Source: Candidatus Saccharimonadota bacterium
Lineage (GTDB): Bacteria > Patescibacteriota > Microgenomatia > UBA1406 > GWC2-37-13
Assembly (NCBI GenBank): GCA_016699265.1
Contig: CP064967.1
Location: 690,001-722,000, forward strand
Length of the DNA stretch: 32,000 nt
Direction of reading: 5' to 3'
Numbering within the stretch: position 1 is the first letter of the stretch; each line of letters begins with the position of its first letter. The notes below the pieces were generated by a model. It had not been told where the DNA came from. It did not search any database and saw only the letters and a program-made list of their open reading frames with translations. This document shows, one piece after another, positions 8,233 through 16,646 of the stretch. Made by a program: the position numbers and the translations under genes.

Positions 8233-8625
8233 ATGGAGGAGAATAAACAATTTAAAGCGAACTTGACATCATCCGCGGCAAATTCAAAACTACATCGAGG
8301 CAAGAGAAAACGATCTTCCTTCGGTCAGTATTTCGCAAAACTAGACCAGATCGATACCGATCTTAAAGGTTCACAAGAGTTCGGCTCGTTTCTCATTCTC
8401 AATCTCGTTGAGGAAATTGGAGAGATGGCTAGAGCTTATCTTGCCAAACATGGAAGAAAGCCAACAAACATAGCTGCTCAGCAGGATGAGACATATGAAC
8501 AAGAGTTGGGTGATATTATGGTTGCGATCATTAGATTTGCACGAATAAAGAACATCGATCTTCATCATCGTGTGATGGCTTCTCTTAACAAGATTAAGAG
8601 AAGAAAAGAGCATCCTAAGCTTTAA
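8233..8625 (+). CDS. MazG-like nucleotide pyrophosphohydrolase (all-alpha NTP-PPase)
   Basis: 130 aa. LNLVEEIGEMARAY ... YEQELGDIMVAIIRFARIKNIDL fits the MazG EExxE...ExxD helix pair. Confidence 0.75.
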   Translation: MEENKQFKANLTSSAANSKLHRGKRKRSSFGQYFAKLDQIDTDLKGSQEFGSFLILNLVEEIGEMARAYLAKHGRKPTNIAAQQDETYEQELGDIMVAIIRFARIKNIDLHHRVMASLNKIKRRKEHPKL

Positions 8626-8630
8626 TTCCT

Positions 8631-9269
8631 TTAACTAAAGAGTCGGTCTTTCGGTGACTTTTTCAGAAGAAGATTCTTCCAATAACTGTAAATTGGAGCA
8701 GTAAAAAACTTTCCGTCAAGCCAAGCATCATCGCCCGATTTCATGGGAGAAAGAAATTCTTTGTAGATTTTGAATGTGTGAGCTTCGTTTGGATAAATTT
8801 CTCCCGACTCTGAATTAACACTTAAAAAGTGTACTTTGTACTCTGAACCAAGAATTCTTTTACAAAAATATCTTATTCTTTCGATGCGAAAATCGGCAAC
8901 GATAAATAGAATTTCTTTTATTTTTTTAGGCTTAAATATCAGTTTTTTAAGATAATAGAGATTGCTGACAGTATCTTTTGACTCATCTTCTCTAAGTATA
9001 AATTCTTTAGTAACTCCTTTTTCTAGTAGATACTCTGCCATTTTGTCACATTCTGTAAACGGTGGTGTTATCTTCAGCGTATCGAACCGTACTGACCATT
9101 TCCCAGAAACAATAATATATGGAGAAACTTTTTTATGATGGAGCTCTATTGCTCTATCTAAACTATTATATACGTGAGTAGGAAATGTCCATGAAACGGA
9201 AGGATTTATTGGCTGAGATCCGAGGATTACGATTCCGTCATACCTCTTCATGTTCCTAAAGTATATCAA
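8631..9269 (-). CDS. DUF218 / YdcF-ElyC-SanA family protein
   Basis: 212 aa. GIVILGS ... YIIVSGK ... TECDKMAEYLLEKGV ... ILREDESKDTVSNLYY matches the DUF218 core pattern. An alternative start is at 9251 (MKRYDGIV). Confidence 0.75.
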   Translation of the reverse strand: MIYFRNMKRYDGIVILGSQPINPSVSWTFPTHVYNSLDRAIELHHKKVSPYIIVSGKWSVRFDTLKITPPFTECDKMAEYLLEKGVTKEFILREDESKDTVSNLYYLKKLIFKPKKIKEILFIVADFRIERIRYFCKRILGSEYKVHFLSVNSESGEIYPNEAHTFKIYKEFLSPMKSGDDAWLDGKFFTAPIYSYWKNLLLKKSPKDRLFS

Positions 9270-9291
9270 AAGACTCCATCGCTGTTAGATG

Positions 9292-9376
9292 CGGAGAGGG
9301 TGAGATTCGAACTCACGGTCCGGTGAAGGACATCGGTTTTCAAGACCGACGCACTAGGCCACTATGCGACCTCTCC
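9292..9376 (-). tRNA. tRNA-Ser (anticodon TGA), class II
   Basis: 85 nt on the minus strand. Acceptor GGAGAGG/CCTCTCC. 3-bp D stem. Anticodon stem TCGGT/ACCGA with loop CTTGAAA. Long variable arm GTCC-ttcacc-GGAC. T arm GTGAG-TTCGAAT-CTCAC. Discriminator G. Confidence 0.92.
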
Positions 9377-9387
9377 TAAATTGTGAC

Positions 9388-9435
9388 AGGCCACTACCCC
9401 AACGGGGCCCCTTCGGGGTGCGACCTCTCCTAAAT
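9388..9435 (-). repeat. Partial duplicate of the tRNA-Ser 5' end (5 flank nt plus tRNA nt 1-21) interrupted by a 22-nt GC-rich double hairpin
   Basis: 9419..9435 equals 9365..9381 (tgcgacctctcctaaat) and 9388..9396 equals 9356..9364 (aggccacta). The extra 22 nt are ccccaacggggccccttcgggg (9397..9418), which fold as CCCC-aac-GGGG plus CCCC-ttc-GGGG. Confidence 0.85.
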
Positions 9436-9567
9436 AAGTTTAAAGGTTTAGAAAGTTACAGGTTTTAAGGTTTGCTATTAAGTTAACCAGTTTAACCTTC
9501 TAACTATAGAACTCACGAATCAACTTTCTAAAACATTTCAACCTTTACAACCTTCCAACCAATCTTG

Positions 9568-9639
9568 AGGTGCGGAGGGGAATCGAACCCCTGCATAACT
9601 GTTTTGCAGACAGTTGCGTTACCACTTCGCCACCGCACC
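9568..9639 (-). tRNA. tRNA-Cys (anticodon GCA)
   Basis: 72 nt on the minus strand. Acceptor GGTGCGG/CCGCACC. Anticodon stem ACTGT/ACAGT with loop CTGCAAA. T arm AGGGG-TTCGATT-CCCCT. Discriminator U73, the Cys identity element. Confidence 0.92.
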
Positions 9640-9711
9640 AAGTCAAACTTGGCTTTGCCGAGTTTTATTCGGCTTCGCCGCCAAACTATATTTTACCTTA
9701 CGAGGCTCGTA

Positions 9712-10146
9712 ATGTCTGTTAGAATGACAAAAGAAATGGCAGACAATCAATTATTCTACGTTGGACAGAAAGCCTTCATACGAAAAGGGAATGAACTCCT
9801 TCTTCTTATCGATCCGAAGTGGGGACTCGATCTCCCAGGAGGACGCATTCAAGAAGGCGAATCAAATCTCATAGCCTCTTTCAAACGTGAAATAAGCGAA
9901 GAAATCGGATTGAACATCTCGATTGGACAACCACTTACAACTTGGACTTGGAGACTGGATAAAGATCAGAGTCCTGTTTTACTTATTGGATACAGCTGTT
10001 TTTACATCTCTGGGAAAATCAGACTAAGCTCAGAACACTCAGAGTATCTCTGGTTAACAAAGGAAGCATCAAAACAATTACTAAATAAGTACAGGAAAGA
10101 TAATCCGGAGATTTGCGATGCGATTGATCTCTACTTCAAAACTTAA
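9712..10146 (+). CDS. NUDIX hydrolase (second copy)
   Basis: Nudix box LPGGRIQEGESNLIASFKREISEEIGL. The ORF-track start at 9565 lies inside tRNA-Cys, so the first plausible ATG is 9712 (MSVRMTKEM). Confidence 0.85.
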   Translation: MSVRMTKEMADNQLFYVGQKAFIRKGNELLLLIDPKWGLDLPGGRIQEGESNLIASFKREISEEIGLNISIGQPLTTWTWRLDKDQSPVLLIGYSCFYISGKIRLSSEHSEYLWLTKEASKQLLNKYRKDNPEICDAIDLYFKT

Positions 10147-11437
10147 AAAGTGTCTGGTCTCTCCCCGCTCCAACAGAAATTATTTGAACAAGACTGCCGA
10201 GATGTTTCTCCAAAAACTGTATATATTTTTTCGCATTTGTCGGTAATTTATCGAAAGATCGAATCTCAGTAGTCTTCTGTTCCCATCCTTTAAACAATTC
10301 GTAGACCGGCTTCACATCAACTAATGTATTTGTATCCATATCTGGCGGGATTGCCACAGTCTTCCCGTTAAGTCGGTATGCTACACAAACTTTAATTGTT
10401 TTAAATACGTCAAGAACGTCAAGCTTCATAAGCGCAATCGATCTTGTCCCTGAAACTAATATCCCATATTTTGTAGCCGGAAGGTCAAACCAACCACATC
10501 TTCGTGGTCGTCCCGTTGTTGCTCCGTATTCTCCTCCAACCTCTCGTAGTTTCTCACCGTGCTTATCTAGTAACTCGGTTGGCATAGGTCCACCGCCAAC
10601 TCGCGTCGCGTATGCTTTAGTAACGCCTATCACGTTAACGATTTCATGATCGTGTATTCCAGTACTTGTACTGAACCCCGTCACTCCGGTGTGACTTGAC
10701 GTCACGTATGGGAATCCCCCGAGATCAATGTCTAAGAGTGCACCTTGCGCACCCTCACCCAAAATGTTTTTCTTCTTCCTTTTATATTCCTGAATTATTG
10801 GGAAGGTCTCATCGACGAATGGTTTGAGTATCGATCTCGCTTTTTTTAAAGACAGGAGTACCTGTTTTTTATTCAAGGGTTTAACACCATACAAACTTGA
10901 AAGGATTTTATTTTGCTTCTTTAGTTCTTCCTCTATCTTTGTAGAAAAGTCTGGGGTAAATAAATCCTTTACTCGAAGACCCTCACGTGCAGTTTTGTCT
11001 GAATATGTTGGGCCTATTCCCCGACCAGTTGTTCCAATCTTTGCCGATGTACTTTTTGATTTCTTTGGTTGATCTCTAAGCAAATGCCATGGCATTACCA
11101 GATGTGCTCGACCTGCGATTCGTAGATTTTTTGGCGTAATACTGACCCCCTGTTTTTGAACATCTGCAATTTCTAGAGCAAGGGAGATAGGGTCGATAAC
11201 AACTCCTGAGTCAATTATGCACATGACCTTTGGGTTAAGAATTCCTGAGGGAACGAGATGAAGTTTAAAGATTCCTTTTTCGTTTTTAATGGTATGACCG
11301 GCGTTACTACCACCAGCATATCTCACAACCATGTCTACATGTTGCGCTGCCATGTCAACTATCTTTCCTTTTCCAGAGTCACCCCACAACGTATCAACAA
11401 CTACGTTTGTCCCCTTGATATAGCCTTTGAGATTCAT
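10136..11437 (-). CDS. purA: Adenylosuccinate synthetase
   Basis: Contains the P-loop LWGDSGKGKIVD, plus GTTGRGIGPTY and GATTGRPRRCGW, all PurA signatures. The start is chosen at 11437 (MNLKG). The ORF is open to 11467. Confidence 0.95.
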   Translation of the reverse strand: MNLKGYIKGTNVVVDTLWGDSGKGKIVDMAAQHVDMVVRYAGGSNAGHTIKNEKGIFKLHLVPSGILNPKVMCIIDSGVVIDPISLALEIADVQKQGVSITPKNLRIAGRAHLVMPWHLLRDQPKKSKSTSAKIGTTGRGIGPTYSDKTAREGLRVKDLFTPDFSTKIEEELKKQNKILSSLYGVKPLNKKQVLLSLKKARSILKPFVDETFPIIQEYKRKKKNILGEGAQGALLDIDLGGFPYVTSSHTGVTGFSTSTGIHDHEIVNVIGVTKAYATRVGGGPMPTELLDKHGEKLREVGGEYGATTGRPRRCGWFDLPATKYGILVSGTRSIALMKLDVLDVFKTIKVCVAYRLNGKTVAIPPDMDTNTLVDVKPVYELFKGWEQKTTEIRSFDKLPTNAKKYIQFLEKHLGSLVQIISVGAGRDQTLFKF

Positions 11438-11584
11438 GACGCCACAGTATAAAATCACGTTTTGCATATGTCAAACGGCAAAACATGCTCGTTGTTAGTC
11501 ATTAGATATCGGGTATCGGTCGAAAAACCTTCTATGCTTCACGTTCTACGCTCTAAGCGACAACCGTGCTATAATGAGTTTTTA

Positions 11585-12061
11585 ATGTACTACTATAGTC
11601 CTACACACGGAAAAGTAGACTTAGCAACCCTACGTGAAATCGTCTCTCGTTATATGTCTGAGGGCTCGAAAGAAAACTACCAAATCATTGTTGGTACAGA
11701 CTCGCAAAAAATTAAATCAGGGAATGGCTATGACTTCGTCTCTGCATTAGTCGTCCACCGATTGGGACGTGGAGGAATATATTTTTGGAGAAGAGAACTT
11801 TATGAAAAAACAGTAAATTTGAAGGAACGTATGTATCGTGAGGCGCTTATGTCGCTTGAGGTGTCGGAGGGATTCGTCGAGCTTCTACGTAGTAACGGGG
11901 TATCTCGTTTCAACATTCAGATTCATATCGACATTGGAAAGAATGGAAAAACAAAGGACCTAATCCAAGAGATTACAGGAATGATTCGCTCAAGCGGATA
12001 CGATGTTAAAATTAAGCCAGACTCATTTGGCGCAAGCAAAGTTGCCGACCGCCACACATAA
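11585..12061 (+). CDS. YkuK/DUF458-like (RNase H-fold) protein
   Basis: YQIIVGTDSQ ... FVSALVVHRLGRGGIYFW resembles the DUF458 core (the GTDSQ motif). The start at 11585 (MYYYSPTHG) is chosen because the upstream 41 codons look non-coding and overlap the purA 5' region. Confidence 0.65.
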   Translation: MYYYSPTHGKVDLATLREIVSRYMSEGSKENYQIIVGTDSQKIKSGNGYDFVSALVVHRLGRGGIYFWRRELYEKTVNLKERMYREALMSLEVSEGFVELLRSNGVSRFNIQIHIDIGKNGKTKDLIQEITGMIRSSGYDVKIKPDSFGASKVADRHT

Positions 12062-12067
12062 ATCATC

Positions 12068-12494
12068 ATGATCTATATTTTTCTTGCCTCAATTTTATAC
12101 ACCGTAGGAATCATGTTTGGAGCCGCTGCCTCTCGCAGCGCTAACACTAATCTAGTAGCGGGTATCATGAATGCTGTTTCAGCACTTTTGCCAATTGCCC
12201 TCGTTATCCCAATTCTAAACGCCAAAACATTCACAAACTCGAAAATGGGAATCATCTACGCAGTTGTCGCAGGACTTCTCATAGCTCTTTTTACCATGGC
12301 GCTTGGTAAAAGTTTTGCAGAAAAATAAGGTCGCTATTGTTTCACCTATGGTTTTTGGTGGAGCAATATTTCTCTCAACAATTTTGGGATATGTAATATT
12401 TAAGGAACAGGTTTCTAGGTTTCAAGCAATCGGCCTTTTCTTTCTTGCGGTAGGTCTTGGTTTTGTTATTTACGCCCGATGGACTGGTAGATAA
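12068..12494 (+). pseudogene. Single-domain EamA/DMT-type small transporter split by a frameshift at an A5 run
   Basis: ORFs 12068..12328 (3 TM) and 12303..12494 (2 TM) together form one 5-TM EamA-like domain. Removing one A from the run at 12321-12325 joins them: ...ALGKSFAE|NKVAIVSPMVFGGAIF.... The second ORF has only a TTG start inside the first. Confidence 0.7.
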
Positions 12495-12495
12495 T

Positions 12496-13041
12496 ATGGA
12501 AGGAGAAATAAAAATAGAAAATAAATTTAAGGGCAGTGTCCGACCTCTCATGGCTACGGACATCCCACACCTCAGACCAATTTTAGAATCGTGGCTCCGA
12601 TTTCCAACTATGACCGGAGAACTTTTAACTGAGGAGGTACGAGATACAATTGAGGAGATTCAAAAAAGCTTGACGCATGAGAATAATAAGCAATTTTTTG
12701 TTGCCCAATCTTCTGATGGAGCCGTTGTTGGAATGATGGGGATTCAGCCACTCAGTTGGGTCATGAGACCTTTTGCGCAAACTGTCCATCCTGCAGAAAT
12801 TATTAATGCATACGTTCATTTTGAAGAACGCCAAGGAAAGGGAGTTGGAAGAGCTTTGGTTAAAACAATTGAAGACGAATCAAAAAAGCAGGGATTTGAT
12901 GAACTCTTACTCAATAGTGGCCCACGATATAAAGAAACTGGCTGGCCATTTTGGCAGAAAACTTATGGCGAGCCTGTCGGAATAATCAAAAATCATTACG
13001 GTCCAACTCGAGATGCTCCTGTTTGGAGAAAAGTACTTTGA
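12496..13041 (+). CDS. GNAT family N-acetyltransferase
   Basis: VVGMMGIQ...ERQGKGVGRALVKTIEDESKKQGFDELLL is the GNAT acetyl-CoA-binding motif A (Q/RxxGxG/A). The ATG at 12496 follows the stop of the upstream gene. Confidence 0.88.
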   Translation: MEGEIKIENKFKGSVRPLMATDIPHLRPILESWLRFPTMTGELLTEEVRDTIEEIQKSLTHENNKQFFVAQSSDGAVVGMMGIQPLSWVMRPFAQTVHPAEIINAYVHFEERQGKGVGRALVKTIEDESKKQGFDELLLNSGPRYKETGWPFWQKTYGEPVGIIKNHYGPTRDAPVWRKVL

Positions 13042-14735
13042 GTGATGTCCTTACCGTCCTCTGTAAGAACTTTTAATTGTATAGGACTCCCACCGTGCAG
13101 ATTGACCCGCACCGCGTCATTCAATCTCCATATTTGATATTCAGCTACGTTCATATCGATTTCTTCTATTTGCTTATTTGGCCCAATCGTCTTCTCTCTG
13201 AACCTCACCTTTTGTAATTCCTCAAATAGTGACCGATCTACGTAGATGGCAATCTCTGCCTGCTGACTGCTTTGTGAACTTGGCCGAAAAACAACAGATT
13301 TCAATGCTTCACACCCACCAAAATGCTTAAATGATTCAGAATCAAGCAATACGCCTAATTCTTCTAGCTTCGTTCTGTCGTGTTGAGATATGGAAGAATC
13401 TCTATTTAAAATATTATTAATAATTGTCGATTTCACTCCTTCCTCTCCAAGATCAGTTCTTCCGAAAAACTCTCTATAGATTTGGGAGAATGCTGGATTT
13501 CTTTGAATTTGTGAGAATCGATCGTGTAATAAATCCAGGTTATCGCCAACTCGTAAAAGCGCGAGCATCGAATATCCAAGCGTATCGGCTTCACGAAACT
13601 CAAGACCAATTCGTTTATCTCCGGGTTCTAAATCAGTTTTCCTTCCATAGTAGAGCAAATCATCTGGGAGTGAGGTACTTGTCGTTGGATTGTCCCAAAA
13701 AACCCTTGGCATTTGTTCAGGATTTAACCCTCTCTTTGCAAATTCTTCTGCAAGCGCGTCTTCTATCCTCTGCTTTGCTTCTGGTGACTTTACCTTCACG
13801 ACGACCTCAGCTGGATTGAACCAGTCGAGATTCGGATCACTTTTACTTCTTTGTTCCCAAAGAGAAAGTACTTGAACTATATCCTGTTCATCTGCAAGTC
13901 CCAACCATTCACCTTTAGTCGTCTCAACTTTAGCTCCGTAGGATTTTTCTACCTTATCAGCGTTATGAAACAATACTGCTCCTTCAAAATCATTCATTAA
14001 CTTAGCTTGTTGGACATCAGTTAATTTATCTCGACCTGCAGACAGTAAATGTCTCATCTGTTCTTGGAGATTCTTATCTGAAACTATCCTCAGACCACCA
14101 ACGCTGTGAGCGACTTTATTACTTCCTCTTGCGAGGGCACAGTACCCACAGTCATGAAATAGTGCGGCATTTTCTATCATAAATTTCGCCTGGCCAGTCG
14201 AAAGACCATACTCCTCGGCCACAGAATCGAGAATCTGTGGAAAACTCTCGATTATCTGATTGGAATAATTAGCAACTCGTATAGAATGATCAAAACCGTG
14301 GGATACATACTGCTCTGGATTATCGTAGTGCTGATCGAAAGCTCTCTCTCCTAAAAAAAACATATGTTTTTGTAGAGCATCATCAAAGAGTCGTCGTTCT
14401 TCGGCGTCTGTTGGTACATCAAGCGATTCATATATCTTTGCTATTCGTTCAACCGGACTCATTCCTATAGACTCATCACGAGTATTAAAATATTTAAGAG
14501 TTTCAGTAATTTTTTTGAAATCGATTTGCTCAGTCGAGAGATGTTCTCCTATTTTTTTTACATGATTTTCAAGGCGTGCTGAAAGAAGGTTCGCTCTTGT
14601 TTTCCGTATTTCCGGAGCTTCAGCAGTAGCGATAGATCTTTCAAGATGTTGGATTACAAGATGTTGGATTACTTGTGCTTCAGGGAGAGTATTATTTACG
14701 GGAAGAGTAATCGTATGCGCCGTAACTTCTGCCAT
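12996..14735 (-). CDS. Large HD-domain (metal-dependent phosphohydrolase superfamily) protein
   Basis: 579 aa. HGFDHSIRVANY ... AALFHDCGY ... LFHNADK gives the H...HD...D pattern. About 300 further residues match no family I recognise. It is the last gene of the minus-strand ABC operon, with a 17-nt spacer. Confidence 0.85.
   Translation of the reverse strand: MAEVTAHTITLPVNNTLPEAQVIQHLVIQHLERSIATAEAPEIRKTRANLLSARLENHVKKIGEHLSTEQIDFKKITETLKYFNTRDESIGMSPVERIAKIYESLDVPTDAEERRLFDDALQKHMFFLGERAFDQHYDNPEQYVSHGFDHSIRVANYSNQIIESFPQILDSVAEEYGLSTGQAKFMIENAALFHDCGYCALARGSNKVAHSVGGLRIVSDKNLQEQMRHLLSAGRDKLTDVQQAKLMNDFEGAVLFHNADKVEKSYGAKVETTKGEWLGLADEQDIVQVLSLWEQRSKSDPNLDWFNPAEVVVKVKSPEAKQRIEDALAEEFAKRGLNPEQMPRVFWDNPTTSTSLPDDLLYYGRKTDLEPGDKRIGLEFREADTLGYSMLALLRVGDNLDLLHDRFSQIQRNPAFSQIYREFFGRTDLGEEGVKSTIINNILNRDSSISQHDRTKLEELGVLLDSESFKHFGGCEALKSVVFRPSSQSSQQAEIAIYVDRSLFEELQKVRFREKTIGPNKQIEEIDMNVAEYQIWRLNDAVRVNLHGGSPIQLKVLTEDGKDITQSTFLQTGASRVGP
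14642..14672 (-). repeat. Perfect 15-nt tandem duplication inside the HD-protein CDS
   Basis: caagatgttggatta occurs at 14642-14656 and again at 14657-14671. It is in frame and encodes the doubled peptide VIQHL-VIQHL near the N-terminus. Confidence 0.95.
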
Positions 14736-14752
14736 ACATTAGTCTAGCAAAT

Positions 14753-15958
14753 TTACTCGCTTCGAATCGCGTCTATTGGTGATAAATCAGCCGCTCCTTT
14801 TGCAGGGAATACGCCGAAGATTACTCCGATAGCCGATGAAATTCCAAGAGCCAACGCTACAGTTTGCCCGTCAACATAGGCGGGAAAGAAGCTCTGGACT
14901 GCAAAAATGATAAGGTAGGAGAGGGCGAGTCCCATTAGTCCTCCAAACAACGACAATATTACTGACTCGACCAAAAACTGAAATAGAATGTCATTTTTCC
15001 GTGCTCCGAGAGCTCGGCGGACCCCAATCTCCTTCGTCTTCTCTGTAACGGTTACATACATGATATTCATGATTCCTATCCCACCAACCACCAAAGAAAT
15101 GGCAGCAATTGCGACCAGCGCAATGTTCAAGGTACCAAAAATTTGATTCAAAGCATCTAAAATTTGGGTAGGCTCAAAGACGGAAAAATCATCTTCTTTG
15201 TAGCGACGAAGAAGAACTTCTTTAATATCCCCTTTAATACTGTCTATGCTCGTACCCGTCTTAAACTTAATTGCGAAAACAAGAAATTTCTTATCGGGAT
15301 TGAAGATATAGGCGCTCCTATAGGGAAGATAAACGAATGAGTCAAGATCAGGACCCCCAAATCCTCCACCTTTTGACTTGAGAACCCCAATAACCTTGAA
15401 CGAAGTTCCTTGAATTTTTATTGTATTGCCAACTGCATTCTCTGCCTTGCCGAAAAGCTTTTCTGCAAGTTTGGGACCAATGTCTACCACCTTCGATCGT
15501 TTCAGGACATCGGGTTTAGTAAACAGCTCACCATACTGGAGCTCCAGATTTAGTACGGGAAAAATATCTTCGTTGGTTGCATAGAGGTCTCCAAACTCTT
15601 TATTCTTCCCGTAGATTACCTCACTACTTGTAGTGAAAATAGGGGCAATATCTTCAACGACTTTAAGACGTTTAAGATTATTAAAGTCTTTTTCATCGAA
15701 TCGAATGGCTCCAACCGAAGACCCTCCAGTTCGAAACTGTCCGTTTCGAATTACAGTTCCAGGAACTATTCTTAAAGTGTTTGACCCAAAACTCTCAAAC
15801 TGCTGCTGAATGTATTTTTTTAGTCCAAGACCTGCTGCAGTTAATAGAACTACCGACATAACCCCAATTAAGATACCAAGAGATGTGAGGAAGGTCCTCC
15901 CTTTATTCCTAGAGAAGTTGAAAAGTGCCGTTTTTAAAAGGAATACGAAATACATCAT
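14753..15958 (-). CDS. ABC transporter permease, MacB/FtsX family
   Basis: N-terminal anchor ...SRNKGRTFLTSLGILIGV, a large periplasmic domain, then the FtsX 3-TM module with EIGVRRALGARKNDI. The start at 15958 is chosen. The ORF is open to 15997. Confidence 0.92.
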   Translation of the reverse strand: MMYFVFLLKTALFNFSRNKGRTFLTSLGILIGVMSVVLLTAAGLGLKKYIQQQFESFGSNTLRIVPGTVIRNGQFRTGGSSVGAIRFDEKDFNNLKRLKVVEDIAPIFTTSSEVIYGKNKEFGDLYATNEDIFPVLNLELQYGELFTKPDVLKRSKVVDIGPKLAEKLFGKAENAVGNTIKIQGTSFKVIGVLKSKGGGFGGPDLDSFVYLPYRSAYIFNPDKKFLVFAIKFKTGTSIDSIKGDIKEVLLRRYKEDDFSVFEPTQILDALNQIFGTLNIALVAIAAISLVVGGIGIMNIMYVTVTEKTKEIGVRRALGARKNDILFQFLVESVILSLFGGLMGLALSYLIIFAVQSFFPAYVDGQTVALALGISSAIGVIFGVFPAKGAADLSPIDAIRSE

Positions 15959-15977
15959 AGAACTTAAAATCAAATTT

Positions 15978-16646
15978 CTAAACGATCTTTCCATCAACTA
16001 TTCTTATCTGTCGTTTCGTTTTTGCTGCAATGTCCGGTTCGTGAGTGACTATCACAATCGTTATCTTGTCTTCCTTATTTAATTCTTTTAGGAGTTTCAT
16101 AATTTCGTCACCTGTCTTAGTATCGAGATTGCCGGTTGGCTCATCTGCCAAAATAAGACTTGGTTGCATAATGAGCGCTCGAGCAATAGCTACGCGTTGC
16201 TGCTGTCCTCCAGATATTTTATTAGGATACGACTTTGCTTTTTCCTTAATTCCAAATCTCTCGAGTAAATACATAGCCTTCTCCTCGGCTTTATATGTCA
16301 ATTTCTTTCTTGCATAGATTGATGGAAGCATTACGTTTTCAAGAACGGTAAGTTTATTGATGAGATTAAACTGTTGAAATACGAATCCTACATACTCATT
16401 ACGAAGGGTTGAGATCTCATCATCATCGAGCTTAGAAATATCTTGTCCATTTATTGAAACTTTTCCTGTCGATGGTTTGTCTAAAAGCCCGATAATGTGC
16501 ATGAGCGTTGACTTTCCACTACCGGAGGGGCCGATTATTGAGCAAAACTCGCCATCTTTTATCTGGACAGAAATATTACTTAGTGCGGTGAAGACAACCT
16601 CCTCATCGAGCTTATACTCTTTTGTAACATTCTCTATTTTAATCAT
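15978..16646 (-). CDS. ABC transporter ATP-binding protein (MacB/LolD-type)
   Basis: Walker [11 protein letters not shown]-loop, signature [15 protein letters not shown], Walker [14 protein letters not shown]-loop VTHE. The likely start is MIKIENV at 16646. The ORF is open to 16673. Confidence 0.95.
   Translation of the reverse strand: MIKIENVTKEYKLDEEVVFTALSNISVQIKDGEFCSIIGPSGSGKSTLMHIIGLLDKPSTGKVSINGQDISKLDDDEISTLRNEYVGFVFQQFNLINKLTVLENVMLPSIYARKKLTYKAEEKAMYLLERFGIKEKAKSYPNKISGGQQQRVAIARALIMQPSLILADEPTGNLDTKTGDEIMKLLKELNKEDKITIVIVTHEPDIAAKTKRQIRIVDGKIV

Noticed and set aside
9565-9711. N-terminal 49 codons of ORF 9565..10146
   Set aside because: This segment overlaps tRNA-Cys on the opposite strand. 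The NUDIX domain starts well after the internal ATG at 9712.
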